Under the pieces are notes generated by a model that had not been told where the DNA came from, made no database searches, and was given only the letters and a program-made list of their open reading frames with translations. Below are positions 29,464 to 40,258 of a stretch of 64,000 nt of DNA, one piece after another. Within the stretch, counting starts at the first letter, position 1; each line of letters opens with the position of its first letter. The position numbers and the translations under genes were made by a program. Origin of the DNA: Promethearchaeia archaeon (GTDB taxonomy: Archaea > Asgardarchaeota > Lokiarchaeia > Sigyniarchaeales > SOKP01); assembly GCA_029856105.1 (NCBI GenBank), contig JAHQWH010000015.1, positions 128,001 through 192,000 on the forward strand, read 5' to 3'.

Positions 29464-30153
29464 ATGGCACCTGATCCTCAAGTTATGATGGAGATGACAT
29501 TCAGCGTTATCTATTTAATCTATATCTGTGTTATTGTAATTCTAATGTCAAAAAACATGAAAAATGTAAATCCAAAAGAAATCGTTACAGCAAAAAGAAT
29601 ACGATTAGCATTTTTCGCGCTATTAATAGGTGATTTAGGGCATGTAGGTGCTCGATTAATCGATTTTTTCTCTGTAGAAGTAGAAATAAATTACATTATT
29701 TTAGGAATCGGATCTCTCTTTGAAATGGTTGGTTTAATCTTTCTTTTTATACTTTTCACAGATGCTTGGCGGGTACAATTTAATCATCCGAAGAATTTAC
29801 TGTTTAAAGTATTAGTTGGTATCGGAATAGTTGGATTAATTATATTTGTATTTCCTCAAAATCAATGGACAGCTCAATCAAGTCCTTACGAATGGTTAGT
29901 AATCCGAAACATTCCATGGTTGATACAAGGAGTTGTGTTATCAATATTAATATATCGAGACGCAAAAGCGGTTGATGATAAACAATTAGTTAGAATTGGA
30001 ATTTACATCTTTATTTCGTATTTTTTCTATATGCCAGTGGTCTTCTTCGGAGAATTAGCCCCAATGCTTGGAATGCTCATGATAATAGGAACAGTTGTTT
30101 TTATGTTGTGGCAATATACATCCTATAGTCGCTTTTTCAAGAAGAGAGAATAA
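29464..30153 (+). CDS. Hypothetical 7-TM membrane protein
   Basis: Seven hydrophobic segments; GDLGH, RNIP and FYMPV motifs. Confidence 0.75.
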   Translation: MAPDPQVMMEMTFSVIYLIYICVIVILMSKNMKNVNPKEIVTAKRIRLAFFALLIGDLGHVGARLIDFFSVEVEINYIILGIGSLFEMVGLIFLFILFTDAWRVQFNHPKNLLFKVLVGIGIVGLIIFVFPQNQWTAQSSPYEWLVIRNIPWLIQGVVLSILIYRDAKAVDDKQLVRIGIYIFISYFFYMPVVFFGELAPMLGMLMIIGTVVFMLWQYTSYSRFFKKRE

Positions 30154-30208
30154 TAATTTAAAAATTTACATCGGTTTGTCTCTGATTTTACTAAAATAAT
30201 AAAATAGA

Positions 30209-31111
30209 TTAATTAATGAGTCGATCAACTAGAAGATTTTTAAAAGCTTGGACATCTTTCCAAGAAGTTGCACAACGTATCAAATTTCCTCTTTCGCTAA
30301 TTTGAGTTGAGCCGCGATCAGTGATCTCAATTTTTAATTCTTCAATGTTAAGCAATTCTTCAGAGAAACCGAGGTATATAGCCACTGTGTCAAATAGGAC
30401 CGAAGTCTCATTTTTTTTTGTCAATATTAATTTGGGTATGATTTTTTTTTTCCATATCTCAAAATTTTCTTTGATTGATCTAACTATTAAATTGTCGCAC
30501 TTCATGACTCTCTCTAAAAGGGCCCCCGTGAGCACAATATTTCCACAAGTATCCAAAGGTGTAATTGTCTTCTCCCAAGGTGCTTGAAAGACTTCTTTAG
30601 AAGCCTTAATGTTCTTTTTTATATTGAATTCCCGGAGAGGTGAATTTGAGCCCCTGTATCCAATGCGAATACTCCCATGCATCCCTACAAAACGAGAATT
30701 CTCTGTAATATTTGGATTCATTTTAAGTGCTCCTGCCACAGTTCCTAAGGGTCCAATGGCGATGAGTGTTAAAGGCTCAGGAGAATCCATTATCGTGGAA
30801 CAAAGAACCTCCATACCATTTCCATAAACCGTACCGGGATATCTTGATATGTCATATTTCTTAATCCAAGGATATAACCAACCTTTTTTACGATTTTCCA
30901 GAGGTCCAATTCCTATAGGGATGTCTGTTCGACCCACAATTTCGAGAAATTTAGCAACAAGCTTGGTTTTTAGCGGAGTATTGCCAGTTGATGTTGTAAT
31001 TAATTTAACATCCAATTCAGGGCACTTTAATAATAAACCTAGAGCCCAAGTGTCATCAATATCCAACCCTATATCTGTGTCTAGAATTACTGGAATTTTT
31101 TTGTCATGCAT
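30209..31111 (-). CDS. Inosine/uridine-preferring nucleoside hydrolase family
   Basis: DTDIGLDIDD Ca-binding motif, IAIGPLG, EFN, PLD, LFD. Confidence 0.85.
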   Translation of the reverse strand: MHDKKIPVILDTDIGLDIDDTWALGLLLKCPELDVKLITTSTGNTPLKTKLVAKFLEIVGRTDIPIGIGPLENRKKGWLYPWIKKYDISRYPGTVYGNGMEVLCSTIMDSPEPLTLIAIGPLGTVAGALKMNPNITENSRFVGMHGSIRIGYRGSNSPLREFNIKKNIKASKEVFQAPWEKTITPLDTCGNIVLTGALLERVMKCDNLIVRSIKENFEIWKKKIIPKLILTKKNETSVLFDTVAIYLGFSEELLNIEELKIEITDRGSTQISERGNLIRCATSWKDVQAFKNLLVDRLIN

Positions 31112-31132
31112 TTTTGCTATCCTAATTTTCTT

Positions 31133-32512
31133 TTATACCATTTTTTTAGGGTCTAAAAGTTCGTCCAAATTATCGATCTTTAAACCCATTTCTTTAATTA
31201 CTACTTTACAGGTTTTACCTTCCTTATGCGCTCTTTGGGCAATTTCAGAACATTTATCGTACCCTATTATTGGAGATAAATTAGTAACAATCATTAGCAT
31301 TTGGTCTAAATTCATATTGATTTGTTTAGTGTTCGCTTTTAAGCCGATTAAGCAATTACTAATAAAAGAATTAATACCCCCTATTAAAATTTCAATAGAT
31401 TCAAGAACATTTACAATCATTACGGGTTTACTCATGTTCAAATCTAAAATGCTTCCATACATTTCTCCACTTGTAACAACATAGTCGTTTCCAATCACTT
31501 GAAGACATACTTGAATTAAAGCTTCAGATTGAGTAGGATTAATTTTCCCAGGCATAATAGACGACCCTGGTTCGTTTTGGGGTAAAATCAATTCTGATAG
31601 ACCTGCTCTTGGACCACTGCCCATCCAGCGAATGTCATTTGCCATTTTTAAAAGCGATAACGCTAAAAGTCTTAAGTTACTACTGGCATTAGCTATAGTA
31701 TTATGCGAAGATATTCCCTCCGCTTTTATAGGATTAATTTTAAGAGATAAGGAAGTTATTTTTGAAAGATGGTTTACGGTCAATTTATCAAAATCTTTAT
31801 GAGCATTTAAACCTGTACCTAAAGCTGTGCCACCTATTGGGATGAATAATAATTCATCCATTACATGTCTTAATCGTTCAATATTAGTTTCGATTTGTTT
31901 TTTGTATACTTTAAATTCTAACGATAGTGGTATTGGGACGGCATCTTGTAAGTGCGTTCTTCCTACTTTAACGATTTCTTCAAATTCTTCGATTTTAATG
32001 GTTAAAGTTTCTACTAATCTGTTTAAGACCGGAATTAACTTCTTTATCATATGTACAGTGGATATATGCATAGTAGTGGGTATCACATCGTTAGAAGATT
32101 GGCTCTTATTTACGTGATCATTTGGATGGATGGGATGTTTCTTACCCATAGGAAATCCTAAGATTTGAGCAGCCCTATTAGCTAATACTTCATTCATGTT
32201 CATGTTTGTTTGAGTTCCACTTCCTGTTTGATAAATATCAATTGGAAATTGATCTAAAAGCTTATTTTCGTTCAATATTTCGTTAACTGCTTGGAGAATG
32301 GCATCTCCTTTTTCTTTGTCAATCAACCCTAATTCCATATTTGTTAACAGACACGCTTTTTTAAGCTGTCCTAATGAAACGATAAATATCTTAGGGAATG
32401 TTTTTCCACTTATTTGAAAATTTTGGATTGCTCTTTGAGTATTTATCCCCCAATAAACATCACTTGGAACTTCTAATTCCCCTATGACATCTTTTTCTGT
32501 TCTAAAACTCAT
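31133..32512 (-). CDS. fumC: Fumarate hydratase class II
   Basis: QTGSGTQTNMN, HPNDHVN, QSSND, GRTHLQDA, GGTALGTG, GSSIMPGKINPTQ. Confidence 0.92.
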   Translation of the reverse strand: MSFRTEKDVIGELEVPSDVYWGINTQRAIQNFQISGKTFPKIFIVSLGQLKKACLLTNMELGLIDKEKGDAILQAVNEILNENKLLDQFPIDIYQTGSGTQTNMNMNEVLANRAAQILGFPMGKKHPIHPNDHVNKSQSSNDVIPTTMHISTVHMIKKLIPVLNRLVETLTIKIEEFEEIVKVGRTHLQDAVPIPLSLEFKVYKKQIETNIERLRHVMDELLFIPIGGTALGTGLNAHKDFDKLTVNHLSKITSLSLKINPIKAEGISSHNTIANASSNLRLLALSLLKMANDIRWMGSGPRAGLSELILPQNEPGSSIMPGKINPTQSEALIQVCLQVIGNDYVVTSGEMYGSILDLNMSKPVMIVNVLESIEILIGGINSFISNCLIGLKANTKQINMNLDQMLMIVTNLSPIIGYDKCSEIAQRAHKEGKTCKVVIKEMGLKIDNLDELLDPKKMV

Positions 32513-32737
32513 TTAATTCCATCATTATTTTCCTTTTTTAATAATGTAGAATGGATAAGATAATTAAAAAAAGTTTATACTAATATTCAATAAATAAATA
32601 TTAAATAAACCTTTCAGTTCTCAATTAATATATCTTTTTCTATAAAAAAGAATTATATGGTTACAATGATTATTATAAAAATGCAAATCATTTTGTAATA
32701 GAATATTAGCCATTTTTAATAGGTGTTATCAGAATAG

Positions 32738-34039
32738 ATGAGTCGTAAACTAATTTTTAAAAAGGAGAAATTTACTGTCATTGTTTGGATACTTGTTATC
32801 GGGACTGTTATTATGGGTTTGGGGTATATGTCATATTCCGCATCAAAAACCGTTAGTGGTTCTTATCAGATTTCAAGGGCTGAATATGTTGCTTCTAAGA
32901 TTGAAATATATAATAACGTAGAAATGGGAGAAATAAATATTAATAATCTTCCTGAAAATTCGGTAAATATTTTAGAGGCAAATTGGAATTTTGATACACC
33001 TGAAGGTTATGGTCCAACTACGAATATCATAACTCATAGTAAGATTGGAAATATTCTAAAAATCTTCATTAACCTTCCTTATCATGAAAATATCTCAAAT
33101 GTAGAGTTCGACATTTCTATTAATCCCAGTTATGAACTATATGATTTCATTAGTAATACTGGAGAAGCAAACATAAATATAAAACTAATGAATATGAATT
33201 TTAGTCGTTTTGAAATTAGTGCGACTACAGGGGATATTTATATCGACCTTACTTATATAGGTTTTCATAATGATCACCTTGTGACTTCTACAACAGGGAG
33301 AATCTGGTTAGACTATTGGGAACTTGTATTCATTGGAGGAGGTAAATTTGATGTGTTAACTGGTGCAAGTTATATTGATATTAAATGGGCACAACATATT
33401 AAATGTTATCATGATATAAACATTACAATTATTACAGATGATTACGTAAGATTTAAATTTTGGTGCCCACTCGAAGTGAGTAGAATGAGAGTTGAATTAG
33501 TAGCAACTACCGGTACAAAAATATTTTCTTCAGATGCTCCAGATTTCATCGAAGTTACCCCAGATCACTATCACTCAGTCAATATTAACGATACGAGTAT
33601 AGATTTCTTAGATTTTGATTTGATTACAACTGATGGCACTGTTTGGGTTTTTATAGTAGATTGCTTTAAACCTCAAAGGTATTGTGACCAAACAATTGAG
33701 CAAAATCCTTGGGAAGTACATACTAATGGCTCCTATGTTATTCCAAGAGCAGGACATGATGTTTCAACTATTGAAATCTATAATGATACAACAAACGCAC
33801 CAATTACATACTTATTGTTAGATCAAAGTTCGGATAATATTTTGGAAGCAAATTGGGATTTAATTTACTTACAGGGGCCTATGTATGGATTAGGTATAAT
33901 AGAAGTTGAATTTTCACATAAAATTGTTGGAGATGTTTTAAAGGTATATATAGATTTAATCTACCAACCAGATCTAATCAGACCTATATTCCAAGGAGGA
34001 TATTTAAATATCCAAACTCATCCAAATTATGGTATTTGA
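32738..34039 (+). CDS. Membrane-anchored extracellular beta-rich protein with an internally duplicated domain
   Basis: N-terminal TM; IEIYN...NILEANW...K(I/V)(F/Y)I...P.Y occurs twice; TTG beta-repeats lie in between. Confidence 0.7.
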   Translation: MSRKLIFKKEKFTVIVWILVIGTVIMGLGYMSYSASKTVSGSYQISRAEYVASKIEIYNNVEMGEININNLPENSVNILEANWNFDTPEGYGPTTNIITHSKIGNILKIFINLPYHENISNVEFDISINPSYELYDFISNTGEANINIKLMNMNFSRFEISATTGDIYIDLTYIGFHNDHLVTSTTGRIWLDYWELVFIGGGKFDVLTGASYIDIKWAQHIKCYHDINITIITDDYVRFKFWCPLEVSRMRVELVATTGTKIFSSDAPDFIEVTPDHYHSVNINDTSIDFLDFDLITTDGTVWVFIVDCFKPQRYCDQTIEQNPWEVHTNGSYVIPRAGHDVSTIEIYNDTTNAPITYLLLDQSSDNILEANWDLIYLQGPMYGLGIIEVEFSHKIVGDVLKVYIDLIYQPDLIRPIFQGGYLNIQTHPNYGI

Positions 34040-34104
34040 GCTAATATTAAAGGTTTAACAACTAATTTAAAAGAAATAGAAATAATCATTTCTCTTTTAA
34101 TTAA

Positions 34105-34542
34105 TCATATTAAGTTAAATCCTACAAATTGATAAAACTCGGGAATCAAAGAAAAGATAAGATACAAAACTGTTAACGTTATTAAAGATATCCATAAGGA
34201 TTTTTCCCAGCTAATATCGATCAAGTATTTATTGAAGACAAGAATTAATAAAAACCCGGATATTGAAACAAGTTTAATCAAAAAATTATTTCCTCCATTA
34301 TCAAATCGCAATAATATTAACGAATCTCCAAGAATTTGAAGTAAAAATGCCATCACGCCAAAAAATAACGGAAGTAACATAACAAGAATAAAACTAGAAA
34401 GGATTATCATATATTTCTTCTCTAAAGCCTTTTGTTTTGATTCAAATCGCAGAACCAGAGCAAAAATAATTAAGGATATAATTACTCCGATAATAACCAA
34501 CCACATTATGTTGTAGAATAGATATTCAATTTGAAATAGCAT
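34105..34542 (-). CDS. Hypothetical membrane protein
   Basis: 145 aa, 4 TM helices. Confidence 0.7.
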   Translation of the reverse strand: MLFQIEYLFYNIMWLVIIGVIISLIIFALVLRFESKQKALEKKYMIILSSFILVMLLPLFFGVMAFLLQILGDSLILLRFDNGGNNFLIKLVSISGFLLILVFNKYLIDISWEKSLWISLITLTVLYLIFSLIPEFYQFVGFNLI

Positions 34543-34678
34543 ATTTTCTAACCGTTTAAAAAATTATAATTAGCTTTTAATTGCATTAAGAATAACTCCT
34601 TTTTATATCTATTAAAAAGAATATGTCAACTTTAAAATATTATTAAATCAAAAGAAATTCAGTTAATATTAAATCAAT

Positions 34679-35200
34679 TTATGATTTTGTTTCCATATAA
34701 ATCCAATAAGGTTGGAGTCCTTGTGGAACTTCAGTTTCGGGATATATTTCTCTCTCTTGAAACCCTGCTGAACGATAAACTTGTTGTGCAGCAGTCATAA
34801 ATCGCCCAGTATCAAGTAGGATTCTTGAACACCCGAATTCTTTCCCTTTGTTTAAAAGATGTCTTAATAGGTCTTTTCCAAATCCTTTTCTTCGATATTT
34901 TGGTCTGATATACATTCTTTTTATTACACCTGTGTTAATGTTAAGTTTTATAAAAGCACCCATCCCTACTAGATTTTTTTTTATTTTTAGTATATAGAAA
35001 ACTCCTTCAGGTGGCACATAGGAAGTAAGTTCTTCAACACTAATTTTGGCATAATCTCGAATTGGTTGCCCCAGTACGGAGATTAAATCTATATCGTAGT
35101 GTTTCTTAACTTCATTGGCAATCCAAGACAAATATTCATCATTTAAATCTATTAAAAGGGATTTATGAACTCTCAAATCAATAGGAATGTACTCAATCAT
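34679..35200 (-). CDS. GNAT family N-acetyltransferase
   Basis: IKRMYIRPKYRRKGFGK acetyl-CoA motif, LDT, AQQVYRSAGF. Confidence 0.9.
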   Translation of the reverse strand: MIEYIPIDLRVHKSLLIDLNDEYLSWIANEVKKHYDIDLISVLGQPIRDYAKISVEELTSYVPPEGVFYILKIKKNLVGMGAFIKLNINTGVIKRMYIRPKYRRKGFGKDLLRHLLNKGKEFGCSRILLDTGRFMTAAQQVYRSAGFQEREIYPETEVPQGLQPYWIYMETKS

Positions 35201-35293
35201 ATGTAATCATATGTTTTTTTTTATTAATAAGTTATATTAAAAGAAGTAGAATAAAAAAAAAGGAGTTAATTCTATTTTAATTACCTTCAATGG

Positions 35294-35728
35294 TTAGGCT
35301 GTTAGCAAAAGAGCCACTAATATGAAACTAATAATGATACCTAGTACGATCCCTATTACGATTGCGATTAAAAAAAGGAGGATTTGTATTACTATAACAA
35401 AAACGAATGACTCGCCAAATTCTTTTTTATAAATAATCTTAACAACAATAGCTCCAATAATAATGGCAATTACTAATTCCACGATACCAAATAGAAAATT
35501 TGCTCCAAACAAGAACTCAACTATCCAACTAACTGGAATATCTGTTAATAGCCAAATTAAATTGATTACGAATGCTGTTAAGAGAGAATCGCTCCAATCT
35601 TTTTTCCTGGCTTTCCACCGCGTCACAAATATACCAATTATAAACATTGCAATTGCTAAAACAATCACTAAAATAAACGCAGTAAGAATTACTATTTCAT
35701 CAGCTGTTAGAAATAACATATTTATCAT
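35294..35728 (-). CDS. Hypothetical membrane protein
   Basis: 144 aa, 4 TM helices; similar layout to 34105-34542. Confidence 0.7.
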   Translation of the reverse strand: MINMLFLTADEIVILTAFILVIVLAIAMFIIGIFVTRWKARKKDWSDSLLTAFVINLIWLLTDIPVSWIVEFLFGANFLFGIVELVIAIIIGAIVVKIIYKKEFGESFVFVIVIQILLFLIAIVIGIVLGIIISFILVALLLTA

Positions 35729-35863
35729 TAAATTTTTGGATATTATACAATAATTTGATCTGTTTATATATAAATATAAACTTTTTATACATTATTCCCT
35801 AATGTTTAATATTAGAAGGTGAAATTAGTTAATAAAAGATGGGAGAATGATTTAATCAGAATG

Positions 35864-36331
35864 TTAGGGAATTTCAATTCCGCACGCAGGACAAATTATT
35901 GTATCTTTATCGATTTTATTTCCGCAGTTGTGACAATGCAATGCTTCACTTTTTTGTTTTGGGAGAGCTTTTGGAGGTGAGCTTTCTTCTATTCTTTCAA
36001 GTAAGGAAAAGAGGTTAGAAAATAAGCCGTTATACCAAGAATTTTTGAGTTTATCGACTCTTCGTATTGTTCTTGAAAGAGGTGTAGCTTCCACTCGAAT
36101 CAGTGTTTTGTTGTTTTTTAAATCGTAAAAATTAATTCGAATTCGCTTCTTCCAATTCGGATCGTGGCCCGTATTGGTGTTCATAGTCCCTTGTTTAGCT
36201 TCTATAAAAGTAGGAGGAGTATGCTTTTTTATTTTGGCTTTATGTTGGCCGGTTATCCATTGCATTGCAAGCTCGAAAGCTTTATCAATAGGAATTTGAA
36301 GAGTTTCCTCATATATCACAGTAACATTCAT
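35864..36331 (-). CDS. Zinc-ribbon domain protein
   Basis: C-terminal CHNCG-x9-CPACG. Confidence 0.75.
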   Translation of the reverse strand: MNVTVIYEETLQIPIDKAFELAMQWITGQHKAKIKKHTPPTFIEAKQGTMNTNTGHDPNWKKRIRINFYDLKNNKTLIRVEATPLSRTIRRVDKLKNSWYNGLFSNLFSLLERIEESSPPKALPKQKSEALHCHNCGNKIDKDTIICPACGIEIP

Positions 36332-36410
36332 AAGAACTATATATTATAAGTTCGTATCATCTATAATTTTTGCCATCGGATTATTTTCTCAATTACTATT
36401 TTGATAAATG

Positions 36411-37835
36411 TTATAAAGCTAATTCCCGTAATTTGCGAGTAACTTCTTTTTTTTTTATACCTTTCAGATCAAACCATTTATAAAAGATTAACGCACCCAC
36501 ACTGCAAAAAATGAATGGAATTAATCCTTGAATTATCCGAAGACCTACTAAGGCATCAAACTGATGAGAAACATCTATTGGGTCATAGATTGTGAGCGCG
36601 TGAATAATTGCTATAATAAAACTCTGAAACACTACAGAAGTGCGAATGAAAAAGTTTCTAATTCCAATTAAAGTAGTCTCGTGATGTTTTTTTAATTTCA
36701 CAGCGATTTCATCGTAACAATCAGCCAAAACAGGTGATAACATAATCAAGAACAATGTTACTGATATTCCATTTAGGATGCTTGTTAAATAAAACTGAAA
36801 CGCGTTCACAATAAAGAGGTTTAATAATAGACTTACTCCGTAGGAAGCTAAACCTATTACATAAGTGTTCGAATGTCCTATTCTTTTAGCTAAACGAACC
36901 CATATAGGCATTGTTAGAAAAGAAGATAATAGCATTAAAATTGAACCTAAGCTTCTTATGTGTTGTCCCTCTTGTAGAACATCATCAATAAAGTTGACTG
37001 TATTCATGCTCATAAGACCAAACGCAATCATGAATGTAAGATAAGAAAATACAGCCAACATGAAATTTTTTTGTTTTATAGCCATCTTCATAGTTTTAAA
37101 AAAGGAAATTCTTTCCGAGTTGTCATGCCCTACGATAAATCTCTCTTTTATCACTTTAGATTCCTTGGATCCAGGTATAAACACCATGAGTGAGCACGAG
37201 AGTATAATAACGCTGATAAACGCAGCGATTGTGAACGATGTTGGATTTCCGGGATCAATTACTAGTGACCAAATTGTAATTGCTAAGAAATTTGCTATAA
37301 AAGTAAAAATTTGAGTCAATATCCCTCCTTTTCTACGCGTTGTATCTCCCCTAAAATGTGCAGCAAAGGCACCAAAAGAATGCGTTTGAAGAAGAGAATA
37401 CGATAAATCGTATATGAATACGAATATAATATAATATATTAGAATGGGCAATACGCTTTCAATCCCTGATACTTGAGGGGGGATAAATAGGAAGAAAAAC
37501 AGGATAATTGTAGGAATCCCTCCGATAATGATCCATGGCGTATGAAACCCTCGCTTTCTGGTCCATTTAAAGGGTTTATCTGTAAGATATCCTATAAATG
37601 GGTTAATTAACATACCTAATACTATGTATAGCGTATTTGCTATTGCCATATATATTGGCCATAAAGGAACTATACTGATTAAACCAAGTTCTCCTTCGTA
37701 GAATGTCCAGACATAATTATTGAAAGCTATCATTAAAAAAGTATTCAAAAAATATCCGGTTGAAAACATTACCATCTTTATCATACTAGGATCTTCAGGT
37801 TGAGTATGATTCACATTATTATTTGAGGTTTTCAT
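36411..37835 (-). CDS. MFS transporter, GPH/MelB-like
   Basis: About 12 TM helices; NPFIGYLTDK, PWIIIG, LADCYDE. Confidence 0.85.
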   Translation of the reverse strand: MKTSNNNVNHTQPEDPSMIKMVMFSTGYFLNTFLMIAFNNYVWTFYEGELGLISIVPLWPIYMAIANTLYIVLGMLINPFIGYLTDKPFKWTRKRGFHTPWIIIGGIPTIILFFFLFIPPQVSGIESVLPILIYYIIFVFIYDLSYSLLQTHSFGAFAAHFRGDTTRRKGGILTQIFTFIANFLAITIWSLVIDPGNPTSFTIAAFISVIILSCSLMVFIPGSKESKVIKERFIVGHDNSERISFFKTMKMAIKQKNFMLAVFSYLTFMIAFGLMSMNTVNFIDDVLQEGQHIRSLGSILMLLSSFLTMPIWVRLAKRIGHSNTYVIGLASYGVSLLLNLFIVNAFQFYLTSILNGISVTLFLIMLSPVLADCYDEIAVKLKKHHETTLIGIRNFFIRTSVVFQSFIIAIIHALTIYDPIDVSHQFDALVGLRIIQGLIPFIFCSVGALIFYKWFDLKGIKKKEVTRKLRELAL

Positions 37836-38032
37836 CTTTTATTTCAGAGTTTTTTCTTGATATTATTTTATTCGTTCTATTATTTATTAAAGGCTTCTCT
37901 CCCAAAAAGCAAAAAATAATGTATTGATTCAAATTTTAATTTATTAGAAAAAATTTTATTAAATACTGAGCGATTTTTAATTAATCTTGTTCCATATGAG
38001 ATTCTAGTAAATGTTATTTAAAGGAGGTTATT

Positions 38033-39160
38033 ATCGTAAGATTACTCGAATACGAGAGTAAGGAAATTTTTAGCAAGTTTGATATTCCATTAGTTAAAAA
38101 TGTGTTAATTCTAAGGGGTGAAGATATTGAAGAAAAAGTTAAAGGATTTTCATTTCCAGCAATTGTTAAATCACAAATCGCTATTGGAAGCAGAAAAAAA
38201 GCGGGGTTAATTAAAATTGCTAAATCCACAAATGAGGCAATTTCACTGTGTGATGAGTATTTTAATAGAAATATAGCTGGGTTTCAGGTTGAAGCAATTC
38301 TTATTGAAGAACTCGTAACAATAGAACATGAATATTATTGCTCAATCGCTTTAGACGCTTCAGGAAGACAATTTTACCTTATCGTAAGTAAAGAGGGAGG
38401 GATAGACATCGAAGATGTTTCCAAGGAACGCCCAGAAGCAATAATCAAACTTAATTTTTCGTATTCAACAGGATTAACTGAGAATATTGCTAGAGCCGCA
38501 GCCACTCGACTCGGTTTGTTGGGCACTTCATTACAATTAGGTATTAATATTGTTCTGAAATTATGGGAGATCGCAAAAAAATTAGAAGCTCAACTTGTAG
38601 AAATAAATCCTCTGGTAATGACTCCTTCTGGATTAATTGCAGTAGATGGAAAAATGATTCTAGATGATGATGCGGAGTTTCGTCAGCCAATCATTCAAAA
38701 CTTACAAGAGAGGAAGTTAAGTGACCTAGAGAAGCTTGCGAAAAAAGCAGGTTTTTCGTTTGTTGAGCTATCCGGAGAGATTGGTATCTTAGCAAATGGA
38801 GCAGGACTCACGATGGCTTTGTTAGATGTTTTATCTGAGTTAGGTTTACAACCAGCTAATTTTTTGGATGTTGGGGGCGGAGCTAGTAAGGAAAGAGTAT
38901 ATAAAGCGCTGGATTTGATTTTTAAATTGCAGCCGAAAGCTGTTTTGGTAAATATTTTTGGAGGTATCACTCGATGTGACATAGTTGCTCAGGCGATAAT
39001 TCAAGCTCTCAAAGATTTTTCAGATGCTCCACCAATGGTTATTAGACTAACAGGGACTAACGAAAAAGAAGGAGTTGCCTTGCTTAAAGAAGCAAACATA
39101 GATGTGATTCAAGATATTATGGGAGCAGTTAAAAAAGTAAAGGAAGTGCTGAGTGAATAG
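38033..39160 (+). CDS. sucC: Succinyl-CoA synthetase beta subunit (true N-terminus lies upstream of the ORF-track GTG 38102)
   Basis: RLLEYESKEIF read in frame from 38039; KSQIAIGSRKKAG, EGGIDIE, EINPL, NGAGL, PANFLDVGGG, NIFGGITRCD, RLTGTN. Exact start uncertain. Confidence 0.88.
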   Translation: MVRLLEYESKEIFSKFDIPLVKNVLILRGEDIEEKVKGFSFPAIVKSQIAIGSRKKAGLIKIAKSTNEAISLCDEYFNRNIAGFQVEAILIEELVTIEHEYYCSIALDASGRQFYLIVSKEGGIDIEDVSKERPEAIIKLNFSYSTGLTENIARAAATRLGLLGTSLQLGINIVLKLWEIAKKLEAQLVEINPLVMTPSGLIAVDGKMILDDDAEFRQPIIQNLQERKLSDLEKLAKKAGFSFVELSGEIGILANGAGLTMALLDVLSELGLQPANFLDVGGGASKERVYKALDLIFKLQPKAVLVNIFGGITRCDIVAQAIIQALKDFSDAPPMVIRLTGTNEKEGVALLKEANIDVIQDIMGAVKKVKEVLSE

Positions 39161-40022
39161 CATGTATATTAATGAGAACTCAAAAGTAATCGTTCAAGGC
39201 ATGACGGGAAAACAAGGGATGTTTCACACTCAAATTATGCTTAATTATGGTACTAAAATTGTTGCTGGAGTTACACCTGGAAAGGGAGGTCAACAAGTAC
39301 ATGATATTCCAGTTTTTAACAAGATGAAAGAAGCAATTCAAGAAACAGGCGCAGACACGAGCATTATTTTTGTTCCTGCACGATTCATTTTAAGCGCAGC
39401 TATGGAAAGTTTAAATGCTGGAATCAACATGACATGCATTATAACCGAGAATGTGCCTGTTTTTGATATGATTCAACTTGTAGAGAAAGCTAAAGAAAAA
39501 GGATTATTTTTAATTGGTCCGAATTGCCCTGGAATGCTAATCCCCGATAAAATCAAATTGGGGATAATGCCAAACAACATGTGTCATTACGGTGATGTCG
39601 CAGTAATCTCTAAAAGTGGAACATTATCTTACGAAATAACAAAAGCTATTGGGAATAGTGATATCGGAGTTTCTGCATACATAGGTATAGGTGGAGATCC
39701 TGTGAGAGGAACTACTATGCAAGAAGCTGTAGCTTATTATTCAGAAGATCCAAAGACTAAAATAATCGTCCTTATAGGAGAAATTGGAAGCGACGAGGAG
39801 GAAAAAACTGCAGAGCTTATTAAGTACAATGTTTCTAAACCAGTTATAGCCTATATTGCTGGAAAAAGCGCTCCAGAAGGGAAAAGAATGGGCCATGCTG
39901 GTGCCATAATTTCTGGGGATATTGGAACTGCAAAAGGGAAAATTAAAGCTTTGAAAGACTCAGGAGTTTTAATTGCTAATACTCCTTGGGAGGTTCCTCA
40001 AGTGATTAAAGAAATATTATAA
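39153..40022 (+). CDS. sucD: Succinyl-CoA synthetase alpha subunit
   Basis: VQGMTGKQG, GVTPGKGG, IGPNCPG, SKSGTLSYE, GIGGDP, MGHAGAII (phospho-His). Confidence 0.93.
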   Translation: MNSMYINENSKVIVQGMTGKQGMFHTQIMLNYGTKIVAGVTPGKGGQQVHDIPVFNKMKEAIQETGADTSIIFVPARFILSAAMESLNAGINMTCIITENVPVFDMIQLVEKAKEKGLFLIGPNCPGMLIPDKIKLGIMPNNMCHYGDVAVISKSGTLSYEITKAIGNSDIGVSAYIGIGGDPVRGTTMQEAVAYYSEDPKTKIIVLIGEIGSDEEEKTAELIKYNVSKPVIAYIAGKSAPEGKRMGHAGAIISGDIGTAKGKIKALKDSGVLIANTPWEVPQVIKEIL

Positions 40023-40258
40023 ATTAAAGTGAATTTAAATTAATTGCTTATTATCTATAAAGTGCCCAGCTGAGCTCAAAATAAAATCCCTATTAATTCG
40101 GATCATGCTAACCCTTAAAAAATTTGATGAAACTACTACACAAAAGGGAAAAGAATCCCATATAAATCATGTAGGTAAAACTTTTATTAAAGTTGAGTTT
40201 ACACTAATTATAAATATTTGACATAATAATAAAAATAAAATATAGGAAAGAGAGAAAA

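Noticed and set aside
40060-40170. Possible C/D-box sRNA between sucD and aclB (TGATGA at about 40125)
   Set aside because: No downstream CTGA D box or terminal stem was found.
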